Part shown: piece after piece, positions 1 through 14,100 of the stretch
Position numbering within the stretch: the stretch's first letter is position 1
Layout of the letters: every line of letters begins with the position of its first letter
The notes under the pieces: generated by a model
Databases searched by the model: none
Told to the model about the DNA's origin: nothing
What the model saw: only the letters and a program-made list of their open reading frames with translations
Position numbers and translations under genes: made by a program
DNA from: the human T2T-CHM13v2.0 reference genome, Homo sapiens
NCBI RefSeq assembly: GCF_009914755.1
Contig: NC_060928.1
DNA: 64,000 bases
Reading direction: 5' to 3' (one strand)

Positions 1-1984
1 TGGCACTCCCTGTTCAAACACAACCAAAACAGATTTTGTTCTAGATAAATTGAATCAGTCGTCAGAATGGCAATCAAGAATACTATGCCAGAAAATAATT
101 GAAGTCACAAAAACTTGCCCAGATATTTCCAACAGAGTACTTTAAACATCTTCTTATCATATATCTGCAGACATAAAGGTTTTCTGGCCTTTGTGAGTCC
201 AAGAGTCTTATTTTAGAGAGCAAACCTACAAAGTCAAATGATCAAAAGAGTCAAAGCTTCTCTGACAGAAACAAATGTGGTTCAAGCATTACTAAACATA
301 TATGCTGTAATGAAAATGTCTTTTTATAATACACTTTCCCACTCTCAGCTGTGAATTTCCATGGGAATTATTTCCAAAGACAAGCTGCAGGGAAAGCATC
401 AATTAATCTGCTGAATGAATTTTTGAATCTATTCTCAATGCTGAGACCCCCTCCTGGTGCTTGGTAATTACCCCAATATTTTCTGCACGCTTGTTTAAAC
501 GGCTTCCTCTTGGGCTTCCTGTGAAGAAGGCCCCTCTCTCTGCTGATCTGAAAGGCAATGTGCCTTATCGTTCTGCCTCATTCCATCTGCAGCTCATAGG
601 GGGTCTCGCTAATCATTGTCATTGGAACATTGGATGAGCAGTCTGGGGACATAGATAGATGCGACACCAAAGGGGACCATGGACTTTCCAACAGAGTGCT
701 CATCTTCATAAATGCATCATCCCTCCCAGATTCAAAGCAAGAGATGAACTCCTTTAAAGCAAGGACCTGCACCTTAATTATACAAATGCAGTGATCAAAG
801 TTATTAGCACTCTTTTCAAAAGCCAGGGATTTAATAGAATGGTGTTTTGTTACTTTTGACAGAAAATATTCGGTCCTCATGAAGAGCAAAAGTAACAGAG
901 AAAAACACAATAGGGAGAGAAATAAAGCAAGAGGAAAATGAAAATGGTGTTAAACAAAAAATGGTATTTACAGAGAAATACAATTCAAAAAGCAGTTGGT
1001 GCCATAAAAAAGATAAAAGTTGTGAAGTGTTGGGCTGTAAGAGAACTTCTAAGTGTATTCAAATATGACATATTTTTTATTTTTCTTACCTCAAGTAGTA
1101 AGTTTCAAAAGATAAATGTGATCCACAATTTATCCACACATGATTCATCTATAGACAGAAAATAAAGCACAGTGAGGTTTTTTCATATGAAAGAATCCTT
1201 ACACTGGAAATACTTATCTTTTATCTTAAATAAAGATGACTTTCATACTTTTGGCGATTGTGACATGTGTGAATATTTCTTTCTAAATAAGTTAGTTCAC
1301 AGGTTCCTTGAAACTGTCTGAGAGTCATCTGAGGAAAAGCTCTGCTACTTTACTTGGTATGTAATAAGTGGGTGTGTGTAATTTGATTCAGAAAAATAAA
1401 AGATATAATTTAAAGAATGAGCTATGACTATTTAATAACTGAGAAGTATTTGAACAAAATAAAATTAAGTAAAAGATTAAAAGAAAAGAAATCATTCCTT
1501 TTTATCTTAGGAAATAACAATCTCAGTTCAGTTAATTTATTTCCAAGCTACCTGAGTCTCAATATTAAAAGTGTTTTAGATAGCATCTCATTTATAATGA
1601 CATTGACTTCTAGGACATAAACTTGAAATATTATAAGTGCAATTGTTCTTATTATTATCATTCAAACAAAGTAGCATATTTAGAATTACCTTATGTTTAG
1701 AATATTAAGAAAAAATGTTTAGGAAACCTCTATCCATTTTATTTTAATGTAAATATCTATGCATCATAGCTCAAAATTTTACCTGTTAAATAAGCACTTT
1801 AAATCCTGGGGGACTATACTTCATCCTGTACTGGGAGGAGCCAGCCATAAAAACAGGGTGGGGTCTGAAAGCCAGGAAATCAGATAAAATTCAAAGGTGT
1901 ATATTAATCGTTAATGTATCTCCTCTTGTGCTCGCTTGAGAGTCCATTCTAGTCAGAAATCGTCTCTGCCAGTTTACCAAAATG

Positions 1985-3195
1985 CTTTCATGCTATCAAG
2001 TTGCTCTCTGTTTTTAAAAATCAATGGTCAATTCTCCACTCTCATCTTGGTTGACTTATTTTCAAGATTTTTCATGGTTTCTTAGGCCCTCTCCTTGAAT
2101 ATTTGCTTCCTGGATTCCAGAACATTATCTGCTCCTGATTTTCCTCTTACATTACTCACCGTGTCTTCTGGTGTATCCTGATTTTGTTGGTTTACCTACA
2201 TACTCCTGACTTCTAATGATTTGTGCATCCAACTGCTCAGTCTTTAAATCTTTTGTAACTACTTGACCTCTTTGGAGATCTCATTCAGTTCACAGTTTTA
2301 AATATGACCTATGTGCTATATGACTCAGATATTGAAATATTCATCTTGCATATCTGCCTTGTACTCCAGACTCTTATAGCTATATTTTTATCTGACCTAA
2401 CTATGTTAATGAATGATAAACATCCCAAATTTAACACACCCAAAGCAAAACTTCTAAACTTCCCCCAAATATACTTCTCCTAAGTTTTCCCCACCTCTAT
2501 AAATGCAAAACCCATTTTACAATGAATGAAGCAAAACATCCTGGATTCATCTGACTCATTTGTTTCTTTAATTCTCTGCACTCAATATATCAAAAAATTG
2601 TTCTTAACACAACAGTTAGAATTATCTTATTAAAACTCAAAGCAGACTATATCATTGCTTTGCCCCAAACCATCAATGGTATCTCATGTTGCTCAGATGC
2701 AAAAGCCACACTTCCTTCCAATGGAATACAAGGCTCTATAGGATAAGGTTCACTGCTACTTTGCGAGATTCATCATGCCTTAGTTTTTCATTTGCTTATT
2801 AAACAACTGTCACATGAGTCTTCTGCTGTTCCTAAATCATGCCCAACATGTGGTCACCTTTGCTTTTCGGATCCTTCTGTCTTGAAAAGGCAACTCCCAC
2901 ATTTCTGTTTGGCTTACTCCATTGCTTCCTTCAGGTCTTTCTTCATATATTAACTGTAGGAGTCACTGTGGGCAACCCTGTGTAAATTATATTTATTTTC
3001 TGGTATATATCTTTCTTGTTTGTACAATGCTGATTTTACAGGGACATGGAAAGATTTAAATGAGATAGTCCAACAGCATTAATAAAAATCATGTATGGAT
3101 AATTTGTTCTATTTTCAGTCTTGAACAAAACATGGCCCTGGAGGTTACAACAACACAGTCTGTAAGTGCTCAAATTATGCTAAAATAAAATGTAT
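1985..3195 (+). mobile_element. L2 LINE remnant (3' part of ORF2 plus 3' end)
   Basis: 'caatggtcaattctccactctcatcttggttgactt...ttccagaacattatctgctcctgattttcctc' resembles the L2 RT region; ends with L2-type tail 'gtaagtgctcaaattatgc'. Boundaries approximate. Confidence 0.75.
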
Positions 3196-3363
3196 ATCAG
3201 CATTGCTTCTCCTCTTGAAAACAGATATGTCAGATTTACCTAGTCTCTCTGGATCTCTGGAAATCAACCAGAGAAGGGAAGGAAAGATAAATAACAATTC
3301 AGACAAATATTCAAAATATTTGACTAAAACTAGAAAGATTCATGTTATGGATAAAAATAAAGA

Positions 3364-3680
3364 GACCAGGCACAGTGGTTCATGCCTGTAATCCCAGCAC
3401 TTGGGAGGCAGAGGCAGGCAGATCACCTGAGGTCGGGAGTTCAAGACCAGCCTGACCAACATGGTGAAACCCTGTCTCTACTAAAAATACAAAAATTAGC
3501 CGGGCATGGTGGTGCATGCCTGTAATCCCAGCTACTTGGGAGGCTGAGGTAGGAGAATCGTTTGAACCTGGGAGGCGGAGGTTGTGATGAGCCGAGATTG
3601 TGCCATTGTACTACAACCTGGGCAACAAGAGTGAAATTCCATCTCAAAAAAAAATAAAAATAAAAATAAAAAATAAATAA
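3364..3680 (+). mobile_element. AluSp/Sq-like SINE, full length
   Basis: Dimeric Alu with 'ggtcgggagttcaagaccagcctgaccaacatgg' and 'gggcaacaagagtgaaa', middle A-rich linker, and (A5T)n tail. Confidence 0.95.
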
Positions 3681-3849
3681 AGTGAAGAGAGTTTAAGAAA
3701 GAGGACATTCCTCAAAGTGGCAGATGCCTCAGAAGAGTCCCATGCTGTAGTATTACACAGTTGAACTCAAAGTGTTCAAAAGGTTTTAGAGCCAGTATCA
3801 TCTTCAGGATCACTGTCACATACATGAGTACTCACATTTGAGAAGCAGG

Positions 3850-4120
3850 AGTGTAATGGATGACATGGACTTTGGTGCTTGATTGTTTGGGTCCAAATCC
3901 ACTCTTCTACTTATTAGTAGGTTAGTGTAGCAGAGATTCATGTTGGGCTAGTTATTCAGTGCTTCTAGCTATCTGATTTATCTTTGCTTTATCTTAAGAT
4001 GTGTAAAGTGGGAATGGTGGCACTACTGACTATTTTTGTGAGGATTAAATAATCAATAATATAAACTCTTATAGCAGTGTCTGATTCACAGTAAATGGTC
4101 AATAAGTAGTAGTTATCATA
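3850..4120 (+). mobile_element. MIR SINE
   Basis: 'gggtccaaatccactcttctacttattag', 'tgtaaagtgggaatg', 'ttgtgaggattaaat' and 'cagtaaatggtcaataa' match the MIR core and 3' end. Confidence 0.75.
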
Positions 4121-4390
4121 ACATTAACCCAAAATCAAATCTCTCATAGAATCCTGCATGGAGAATTAAGCGGCTTTATGGAAATTGTAGAATCTAACAT
4201 AACTGGATGACATTCCCCAGAGATAATTGTTTCTAGCTGTATGTGTTTGTTACAGTTCCAGTGATTGAGATATACCAAAATCACTATCTGGAAGAGGATA
4301 AGAAGCTGTTCACCTGCCTGTCAGTGCTCTCCCTTCAGTTTCTTTGTAGTCTCAATTTCTCAAGGACAGATAAGGAGCCAACTGGAAAAA

Positions 4391-4393
<3 letters not shown>

Positions 4394-4423
<30 letters not shown>
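4394..4423. repeat. (TG)n microsatellite, about 15 units
   Basis: Directly visible perfect TG run. Confidence 0.97.
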
Positions 4424-4425
<2 letters not shown>

Positions 4426-5163
4426 GTGCTCATTGCACTGGGTGATCTAGTCCTAGATGCAGGTTTGAACTAAATCCCATTTGTTGGGGTGTGGGGACTA
4501 AGAAGAGTCAACAACTCATGATAGTTTTGGAGTGCCCTGAAACTTAAAATTACTCCCTAGGCCCTTGGAGAAACTTGAAACTCTTAAGTATTACAGTTTC
4601 CTGGTGAGACGCTTAAATCTACCTGTCCTAATTTTCTGTCCTAATGATTTCTCAGGGACAGTTTATTTTCCATGAGCCTGTTCTTTGAGGAGGCAATCAA
4701 AATGATCTATTTTAGTCTGGACCAAATGTGGGGCACTATAAATCAGCTGAGTCTTGAAGATACCACAACTTGCTTTTCACTCACAGCTGAATTTTGATAA
4801 AAGGAAATAAAGGAATGGCTGACAATTGTGGGTATGGGAGGATCTTTTCAATTTTTTTTAAACAAGGTCTAAGACACATTCTCTCTTCACCATGTGCTTG
4901 GAGCAAATACAGATTTCAATTACTTAAAGTAATACAACCTTAAAATTGCATTTAATTTCTAGTGTTATCTAAAATGCAAATGTTGTTTAATTGTCTTTTT
5001 TTAATCCTACTGACATTTTAGTGTGCTGTTGCCTTCTTTCAGTTAGTCTTCACTTCTTTTGGCTGGGACTTATGGATGAGTATGTGTGTAATATAAATGT
5101 AGAAGAATAATGCATCATCCCTGTTTTTGATCTCATATAAACCAGACACTATTTTAATTCTGA

Positions 5164-5531
<368 letters not shown>

Positions 5532-6069
5532 GCTGTTTCATAATTTATAACCATAAACATAAAAATATTATTTTGCATACTAAAGTGAAATATCTGATGA
5601 GTTAAAAGTAAGTATGTTAATGTGGGCAAATGAGTACGTAATTTAGACAACATTATACATTGGAGTGAATTCAGGAAAGCTCTAAAATACTGAACTTGGA
5701 GGACATAATATCTTTTATATTTTCTTTATTTCAGTTAATTTAACCAAGAGAAAACTAACTAGATCAAAATTGTATGCCTATTCTAATATTAGTAATCTTT
5801 TATGAAATATTGATTCAGAGTCCCTATCTTTGGTGAGCCAAAAGTTATTTATTTTCTCTTTTTAGCAAATCAAGATCTCATAAGATATTATCCATTTCAT
5901 GAATGCATATGATTGGGAACTTGCAGACTACAGAGCTCTCATTTTTCTTTAGAAGTTTGAGGCTGGGCTGTTTATAGTGAAGTAAAGAAAAGTGCTTCTT
6001 AAATTCATGTCCAAAGAAGGGGAATGAGAACAATTTGATCACTCAATTTGCAAATGAATTTTATTTTAT

Positions 6070-6093
6070 ACACACACACACACACAGACACAC
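6070..6093. repeat. Imperfect (CA)n microsatellite
   Basis: acacacacacacacacagacacaca. Confidence 0.9.
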
Positions 6094-7496
6094 ATCCCAT
6101 AGAATGTGTTGTGTAAGCTAGGTGATTTTCTCCTCTTAAAGTGTAAAATATTTTGCAAGATGCCTAATACTTTTCTGAGGAATGAGGGAATCTCTGTAAT
6201 AATAGAGACAGCTAGATATTACTTACAAACAAATTGTCAATTCATACAAACACAGAAATCAAAAGAATGCCTGTTTTATAACCAAAGAAATTTGTTGAAT
6301 GAAATAAGGCTCAGCAAATTTAGCTTATAGAGGATGGAGCATGTCAAGTTTCTGAATGTTAGATTAGATAGCACATAATGTTTTCTTTCAGAGTTGCCAT
6401 TTTCTTCTCCCCAATCCAATTTGTACTCACCTGCACGACTTTATAGTTTGAATGGTAAACATTGATGTCAATCTCATCTCATTCTAAACTGTCACCTTGT
6501 GTTCTATTACCACATATGCAGATGTGTTTTTCCCAACATTTCGACATAGTTTGAGGAATGCTTCAGTGGGATAACTTTTTTCTTCAATTTGAGGTGTTGC
6601 TTTTATTGAAAGTTAATTGAAAAAAAACGCTATACATGAAACAAGCTTATGTTTCTGCTTATTATTCATTTCATAAACATTATTCAGCATCTATTTTATA
6701 TAAGATGATCTCTTATGCCCATTGGGAAATGGAAAACTCTATAAGACCTTTTCCTTTTGTTAAATAAATTATATCAGGATTATAAGAATATGGTTGTTAC
6801 TGACTCACTATCCCTCTGGGCTTACCCAACAGTATTTTACCAGGCTGTTAAAATCACACCAGAAGAATACTTCATCTCTCCCTCTTTGTCACATTTTGAT
6901 TTCTGTTTGTCCAAGCTACAGATATGCCTGTTTAATTACTGCATCTTTTGAAACACATACACACAAACAAGCACATGCACATATGTATACTTTTATTCCT
7001 GTTGGATATTGGGCTTTGTCAATAAGACATTGACAGTATTATTTCAACCCATTTTGGAAAAGGGAATGTTTCCTTGACTCATTTACATTCAGAAAGCCAC
7101 ATTATTGATCAGAATAAAGTTTATTTTCTTTTCTACTTCCCTGTGTAGATATGCTAAACTAAATATTAGGCTTTGTTATCTTTTAATCAGGATCCTTGAC
7201 TTTCCAATGAGTGTTTTTGAATTATGCATTTTAGTTGACTCATTTTTGCAAAGATATTTTTCTCTTGGGTCTCTTTATTATACAGTATGCCAATGAGCAT
7301 ATTGTGTAAAAAATCTTTACCTGCCTCAAATGAGACCATGCAGGGAATAGAGCTGCCATATGATTCACTGCCTACACTGGCTTCTGAATTTCAAATGGCT
7401 ATCTGTGAGATATTAAGAAAAAATCTTATAAGAGACAATTGTCTTACAAGCCCAACCTGGGCCAAAATATGCAGAGCACCATAGGTTTACTCCCTC

Positions 7497-7607
7497 CCCT
7501 AGACTTGGGACCTAGGAATGGAGGGTATCATTGATCATCCCCCTAAAGCCCCAGGATTTAGCTTAATCCCAAATGTCTCAAATTTGAGGAAATGTACTGC
7601 TGAAGGA
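7497..7607 (+). repeat. Probable donor copy of a dispersed ~111-bp duplication (second copy at 9197-9311)
   Basis: Manual alignment gives about 12 substitutions plus one 4-bp indel; shared core 'caggatttagcttaatcccaaatgtctcaaattt'. Confidence 0.93.
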
Positions 7608-9069
7608 GTAGAATAAGATTTGCATTTCTGAACATGTGGTAGCAATTATTACAAAAGCATTAATAAGCAGTTTGGACTTGAGAAAAGAAAGATTGTACCT
7701 TATCAAAACAGTGGAGAATTGAATGTGCGCTCATGCAGAAACCTTTTGATGAAGGGCTCTGTTTCCTCAGATTCCCTTTTTACAGACTTTCAGGAAGATT
7801 CACTCAGGGAACAGCATGCTGGTTGTACAATGAGCAGTGGCCCGTGGCAAAAGTAGACACAGTAGAAAAAGAGCTTATTGTGCTGAGGAAACTTCAAAGC
7901 CCACAAATCCAAAGTCTTAAGACTACACCATCTCTGCAAATAGCATTCTTAATAGCAAAGGGAGCTAATGTTGAAGGGTCAAGAAAAAAAATTAGAGATA
8001 AGATACATTATTCACTTAGCTAACCATTCTAGCATAACATGGCTCTGAATAATCATTAACCATCATATATCTCTGCCATTTACCCAGGAGATGGCCAAAT
8101 GAAGATGCCCACATGATAACCAAGTACCTTCTCACATAACTGACTGAAATTCGAGGAGACTAACTCCTCTACCTCACGACCGTGAGTGTATGTTTGAAAA
8201 CTGGATTCAGGAATTTGCCCACATGTTGATGCTGTAACAAACGAGAGAAATGCATAAAACACTGAACACATGAATCAATGTAAGTGTAAAAGTTAAGATA
8301 TGTGACATATATATTGCAAATAATCCTCTGTGATCAACTATTATCCTCACATATTATACATTTATTTTTTCAGCAAGTAACTTAGGGAAAGGTTGGAAAT
8401 ATTTCTATTCATATAATATCATTTTAAAGATATGCATAATCTATGTTCACTCTAGTGGAAGATGAAGTGACTGGTTCACATTCACAATGAGATTACCTGG
8501 ACAGAGTTGATCAGTTGTAAAACTTGCCTCAGGCTCTGCCTCCCATGAGGCACTGCGCAATATTATCATCAGATAAACAATTTTGATTTATCATTAACAT
8601 TTTTGTGTATCTTTTCAGGGCACCTTTCATATAAAATATAAGGTGAATGATACCCATCAAATTGTGGAACAGGGCAAGAATGCAAATCACATGAATTGGC
8701 CAAAAGCAACAAGGATTTTGCAATGTAAATCACTTATCTGATTGTGTTACAATAAAGGGGACTTTTTTGGCTAAATGATCTATAACCAAACATCTGCAAA
8801 TTCTTTGAAACTGCTGGTTTTTTGAGTGAAGGGTATTAAATATCTAAATATCTGTATTAAATTGCAAATGAAAGAAATTGTAATAGTTATTTTGGCCAAC
8901 AGTCAGTGATTTCTCTGAGATAAAACTGAGAATTTCCCTCCTTTTTTTATGAAAATATTCTTTGATTACTCCCATAAATTTGAAAATGTGCCAGGATTGT
9001 CCATTGGACTTTCATTTTTGATACATCCATTAGCTTTCATAATCTTTTCTGGAACAGTATATTATATTT

Positions 9070-9950
9070 ACTATTAATTTTTATTAAAATATGATTTACA
9101 TTAAAAATTATGAACTAATTATAAGTTTACATGTTTAGCAATTCTTGAGAAGTTAACACACCCATGAACAAATCCAAAACAAGATATAGGACAATACCCT
9201 GGACTCAGGTCCTGGGAATGGAGGGTATCATTCATTGGTCATCCTCCTAAAACCTCAGGATTTAGCTTAATCCCAAATGTCTCAAATTTAAGAAAATGTA
9301 CTGCTGACGGAAAATGTAAAGCTCAGAAGTTCCCCTCAAGCCCTCTCTTGGTAACAACACTAATTCTCTTTAGAGGTATCCACCCTCTCCAATATTAGAT
9401 TGTTTCTGAACATTATTCAAATGCACTTTTAGATCACATGACCTCTTATGTCTGACTTCACAATTATGAATGTGATATTAAGCCATGTTGTTGTAGGTAG
9501 TTGCCACGTGTTCCTTTTTGTTTTATGCAATATTCCACTATATGCATACTCAACAGTTTATTTACACATTATTCACTTGTGAACAATTTTGTTGTTTTCA
9601 ATTTAGGACCATTTCAAATAATGCTGCAATGAACATTTTTGAACATGTCTTCTGCTGCACAGATATAAACATTTCTCTTTTCTTTGTACCTAGGATAGAA
9701 ATTGCCTATTTACGTGGCAATTTATGTTCATATTAGAAGATACTGCCAAAAAATCCAACAAAGTGGCTATAACACCCCCTTGGAGTTTGTCGTGTTAATG
9801 TTAAATCTGTTGCTTGGTATCTTGTGTCATTTTTTTGAAATATCTGTACTATTATTCTTCAAATATTGCTTCTGCCCAGTTACCTTTTTTAAAATTTCCT
9901 TCCTAACTCCAATGGCAAACATTTTAGACTCTTTTTCCTTATCTCATATA
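9070..9950 (-). mobile_element. Old L1M (L1ME-like) 3' region, interrupted by the 9197-9311 insertion
   Basis: 'aacacacccatg...caagatatagga', 'ttgttgttttcaatttagg' and 'aataatgctgcaatgaacatttttgaacatgtct' are typical antisense L1M 3' sequence. Confidence 0.75.
9197..9311 (+). repeat. Second copy of 7497-7607, inserted within L1M
   Basis: Aligns to 7497-7607 and is flanked on both sides by L1M-like sequence. Confidence 0.93.
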
Positions 9951-9953
9951 TGT

Positions 9954-10137
9954 TGTTAAAAGGAAAAACCTAAAGATCTGATCAGTTGGCAGTCTGTGGC
10001 TGAAGCCTGGATGCTGCAATTGGGTGAAGCTATTTGTTACAAGAATATGCTCTTAAATTAAGTGGAAGTTGATTTACATACAAAGTTAGGTTACAGTTTA
10101 CCACCTATGGAGGTACCTTTAAACCAAATTTAGTTTC
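9954..10137. mobile_element. ERV1 LTR fragment (MER31/MER67-like), internally deleted
   Basis: Begins 'tgttaaaaggaaaaacc', contains 'aagttaggttacagttt' and ends 'aaatttagttt', resembling MER31/MER67-group termini. Confidence 0.55.
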
Positions 10138-10139
10138 CT

Positions 10140-11140
10140 TTATGGTGTCTTATCCTTTCTTTCTGTATTTTCTGAATTTTTAATGTCTCTGTGCTTCAGG
10201 TCAGTTATTTACATTGATTTATCTTTTCAGATGATATTTGAGTTCTGTCTAAAGTATTATCAAAGAAATGTTTAATTATTAATATTATGTTTTTCTATTG
10301 CTAGAGTTGTATTTGAATGATTTTCTATAAATTCGAATTTCCTACTGAAATTCTAAATTTTTTAATATATATTTTCTAAAATATATTAATCACAGTTATT
10401 TCAAAATTCATGATTGATAGCTCTATTACTTGTTTTTTTATCTCTCTGTAGGTTTTGGTTTTATTTCGTTTTACAGGAGGAGTGGGTCTAGATTTTTAAT
10501 TGGTTTCAGTTAGCTTTTCTCATTTCCTGGTATATGTGGTATTTTTTTTAAATGTTAGACGTTGTTCGTGAACATTCATATAGGTTATTTGTGGATCCAG
10601 AAATGCTATTTTTACTTTCTTTTCTACCAACCAGCAGTTACATAACGAGCAGATTGCTTTAATCCTATCAGAAATTAGATTGTTTCAGGGTAGATTTCAG
10701 TCTTCATAAGTGTGATTCTATATTCTCTTTGGCCATTTTCTTGGATGCATCTCTTTGGGGATGTCAACTGAAATCCCAGGCTCTATTCCAGGGCCCACCA
10801 CCCTCCCATCCCCACATCCCATGTTTGTGCATCTTCATGAGACTGTCAAATAAAACATTTTGATCAGCTTCTCAGCCTTTCTTCTACTAGTTATGCTAAG
10901 CACAGGTCATCATGATCTAATTAGAGTAGGTAAATAGCTCCAAGCTCAGTGCAACTTCCAATCTCGAGTTTTCATCTTTTTGTCTCTTGTCTCTCTAAGA
11001 TGTTGACCTCTAAAATTTTGGCTGACTGGAGGGTTTTCTGATGTTTTTAAATTTATTTTTTAAAATATTTTATTCATTTTTAAATATTTTCTCAGCAGAA
11101 GTGTTGGTCTGATACAATGTGATGTAACCTAGCTCAGCAG
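10140..11140 (-). mobile_element. Old L1M/HAL1-like ORF1 and 5' region remnant
   Basis: T-rich antisense L1-like sequence, loosely similar to 18650-19520. Confidence 0.5.
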
Positions 11141-14100
11141 CAGAAATCTTATATACTCATTCTTCACATAAACCATACCACATTCTAACATTTATTATTC
11201 AGCAAATACAGCAATGTTATGGGTGGCATAATGTATAACTTTTGGTTTAATTTATAAATATGTATTTTATCAGTTCAACGTCTGTTTAAATATAAGACCT
11301 CACATTAATACACAAATTTATTATTCACTTATATAAACTTTTTATGTTTCTAATATCTTGTTTAGATTTTGTTACTCAATCCTTATTTAGGTAAACTGTT
11401 ATGGAATTATTTGAAACTACAGTCTGAACATAAGTAGAAAGTTGAACAATATTTTTATAAAATGGTCTCTACTGGGTATATAATTATAGCTATATGAAGC
11501 TATTAAATTTTAGGTGGAAATGTGTAAACATTCTATAAAATTTCAAGTCATTTTTGCATGACTACCTTTCTTATTTACTTAAATACATATCTACTGAATA
11601 TATTAAAATAATGTATTTTTCCTTTGATTTTAGAAATAATAATTTCATAAAACTAAAAATAATAAGATAGTATACAAGTTTTTGGGGGGATTATATTCAA
11701 CCATTAATATGAAAAATTATATATAATTATATATGTAAATTTTTTTATTAATTTTGCTACTGGTTTAAAAACCTGAGAACAACTTTTTTTTTCATAACCT
11801 GAGAGAAAATGAATATTTTTAGTGAACATGTAGTTTGCCAGAACAGCCTTCCAAATAATCATGAAATAAATAAAATAAGCTCATCAAAAACAATTTAATT
11901 GCTTTTTTATTTGCACACATATTGATGTCTATTTAAGCAAATGTCTTCTCACTCATTTTCTGTTTGCACTGGTGAAAATGGAATAACTTGTAATACTTGC
12001 ACTAACTCAATATTGAATAAAATAAAGTGAAGTCTCCTATATTGATTAAATACTTCAGGTAGTTATGCCTTGTATATGCTTCTGGTCCCTCATCCAACTC
12101 TAGAAAACCTGATGCTGCTGGAGACTCCTGTCTGATTGTCTTTTTATAGCTCAATGACTTTTATTCAAGTGTAATTTCTCAGCAGTTACAATCTGCCTCT
12201 CCTTCTTAGGCTGATTGTGGAAGTGTACCCAGGGCTGAACAGAAAACACTTGAACTACATACTGACCCGAAGGGCACAATCTCTGTGTTCCCTTTTACTG
12301 TGGTCCTCTCATTTACATCTCAACAGTCCTGCTCATGTGACTGTGCCAGCAGGCTGGCTAATTTCTTAAACTTTGAGTAATTGAGAGGTCTTGACTACGA
12401 TCTGGATTTGTCCTTAGACTCTAGATCCCATCCCCCACCTGGATCCAAAGTCAGATTATCCTTGCTCTGACTCCTGCAGACATTCACACAAACTTAAAAC
12501 GGGCAGATCTCTGAGTACCAGCCTTCTGTTAATCTATGGTAGTTCTCTGCCTATATTTTCGGACAAATCACTGTTTCTTTATTCTTCTTTGAGGCATATT
12601 TTGTCATTTGCCTTTATGATAACCAGATATTTCCCCACTTATTTGAGAATGTCTTCCAGACTGATCTCAGTCACCAGGACCTGGGCACTAGGGCTTGCTT
12701 GTGGTTGTGTCAGGCCCCAGCCTCTTTCTGGCCTCCACAGTAATTTGTTATAAAATAAAATAACTGTCATGCTCTCTTAGGAATTCAGAGACACAATATG
12801 TCTCATATAAGCAATCTTTGCTGTGTCATGGGATTGAACTTACTTTTGTCTCCTCTGTTAAGCATATGATCATTCTAATTATAGGGATGTTTATTACTCT
12901 AAAATGACAGTCAAATATTACTTTTTCAATCTTAAAAATAACCCCACATGATATGTTTTATCTAATATACAGGAAAATAGAAACCTTGAAAGAATGAACT
13001 TTTACTTATTCATTCCTGTAAGACTCTGGCATATTTACAAATTTGGTCATTGTTACCAATCATCAAAATTAAGTCCTGCAGTTCCAACTCCATATTAAAA
13101 ATATATGACTTTAGATGAAGTAATTCCATCTGATTCAAATCACAGTTTCAGGTGGGACATGAATGGAAGAATTAAGAAAGAATATACACACTCATGAATC
13201 TACCTTGGTAAGAAGGGGGTGAGACTACTTTCCAGTCAGATTACCTATACCTACAAAGCATGAGACTTAATCATGTTAATCAGTTAATCCATCTTTGCAT
13301 TCTCTCTTCAAAATAGAATCTACGATACATGGGTATATAACATTTAGAGAAAAACTTTTATTTTCACCAGCCATTTTGATACCAGAATTCATTTTACTTA
13401 ATAGTTTTATGTGATCATTCTGACTAGAGATAATTTGGATGAGGTACATTAAGAAAACTAAACATTTAGCCATTTTATTGCCAAGTAATATGAAAGGCAT
13501 ATATTTTCACACTGTGGCTGAATATTACCCTGTCACTACATCCAGATGTGTTTGGGATGAGCTAAGACTTGGGAATTAGCCAAATAAAAGATGAGAGTTT
13601 AGAGCTATAGATGGAGTTAAAATGGAGAGAAGCTTATAAGTCAAAGATAGAGGGAGGATCAAAGAAGGGATGAAGGATGGAATTCAGAGATAAGGCTAGG
13701 AACTGTTTTTGCTAATAAAATATAGCCTTTAAATAAATTGATGTGACACAAACCATTGCATTCAAATTTTTATGTAGGATCAATCATATCAAACATGTCA
13801 AGTTTCATTACAAATACAGAAGATGTTATAATGAAGGACCCCTGAGAATTTATTCTGTAAGAGCTAAAATATTAAAATATATACATAGAGGATGAGGTTA
13901 TATTTCTGCATCAATAGCTCTTCATAGATAAGAAACATAGAAACATGAAAATCTAAACAAAATGACCTAGTAGAAATCTCAGTAGAGCAAGATTAGAAGG
14001 TGATTTTGAATAGGAAGCTTAATTGTCATTGATCATACTATTCTTCAGAGAAAGGCTATGTTAACAGAAAGACAGTCTTTCAGATGAGCCCAGAAAAAGT

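Noticed and set aside
578-910. 110-aa minus-strand ORF in unique sequence
   Set aside because: No recognisable domain, a non-ATG start, and no convincing splice structure. The length is compatible with chance.
12050-12745. GC-elevated segment ending '...ggcctccaca', possibly an ancient LTR or a regulatory element
   Set aside because: I could not assign it to a family or function by eye. It needs a Dfam search.
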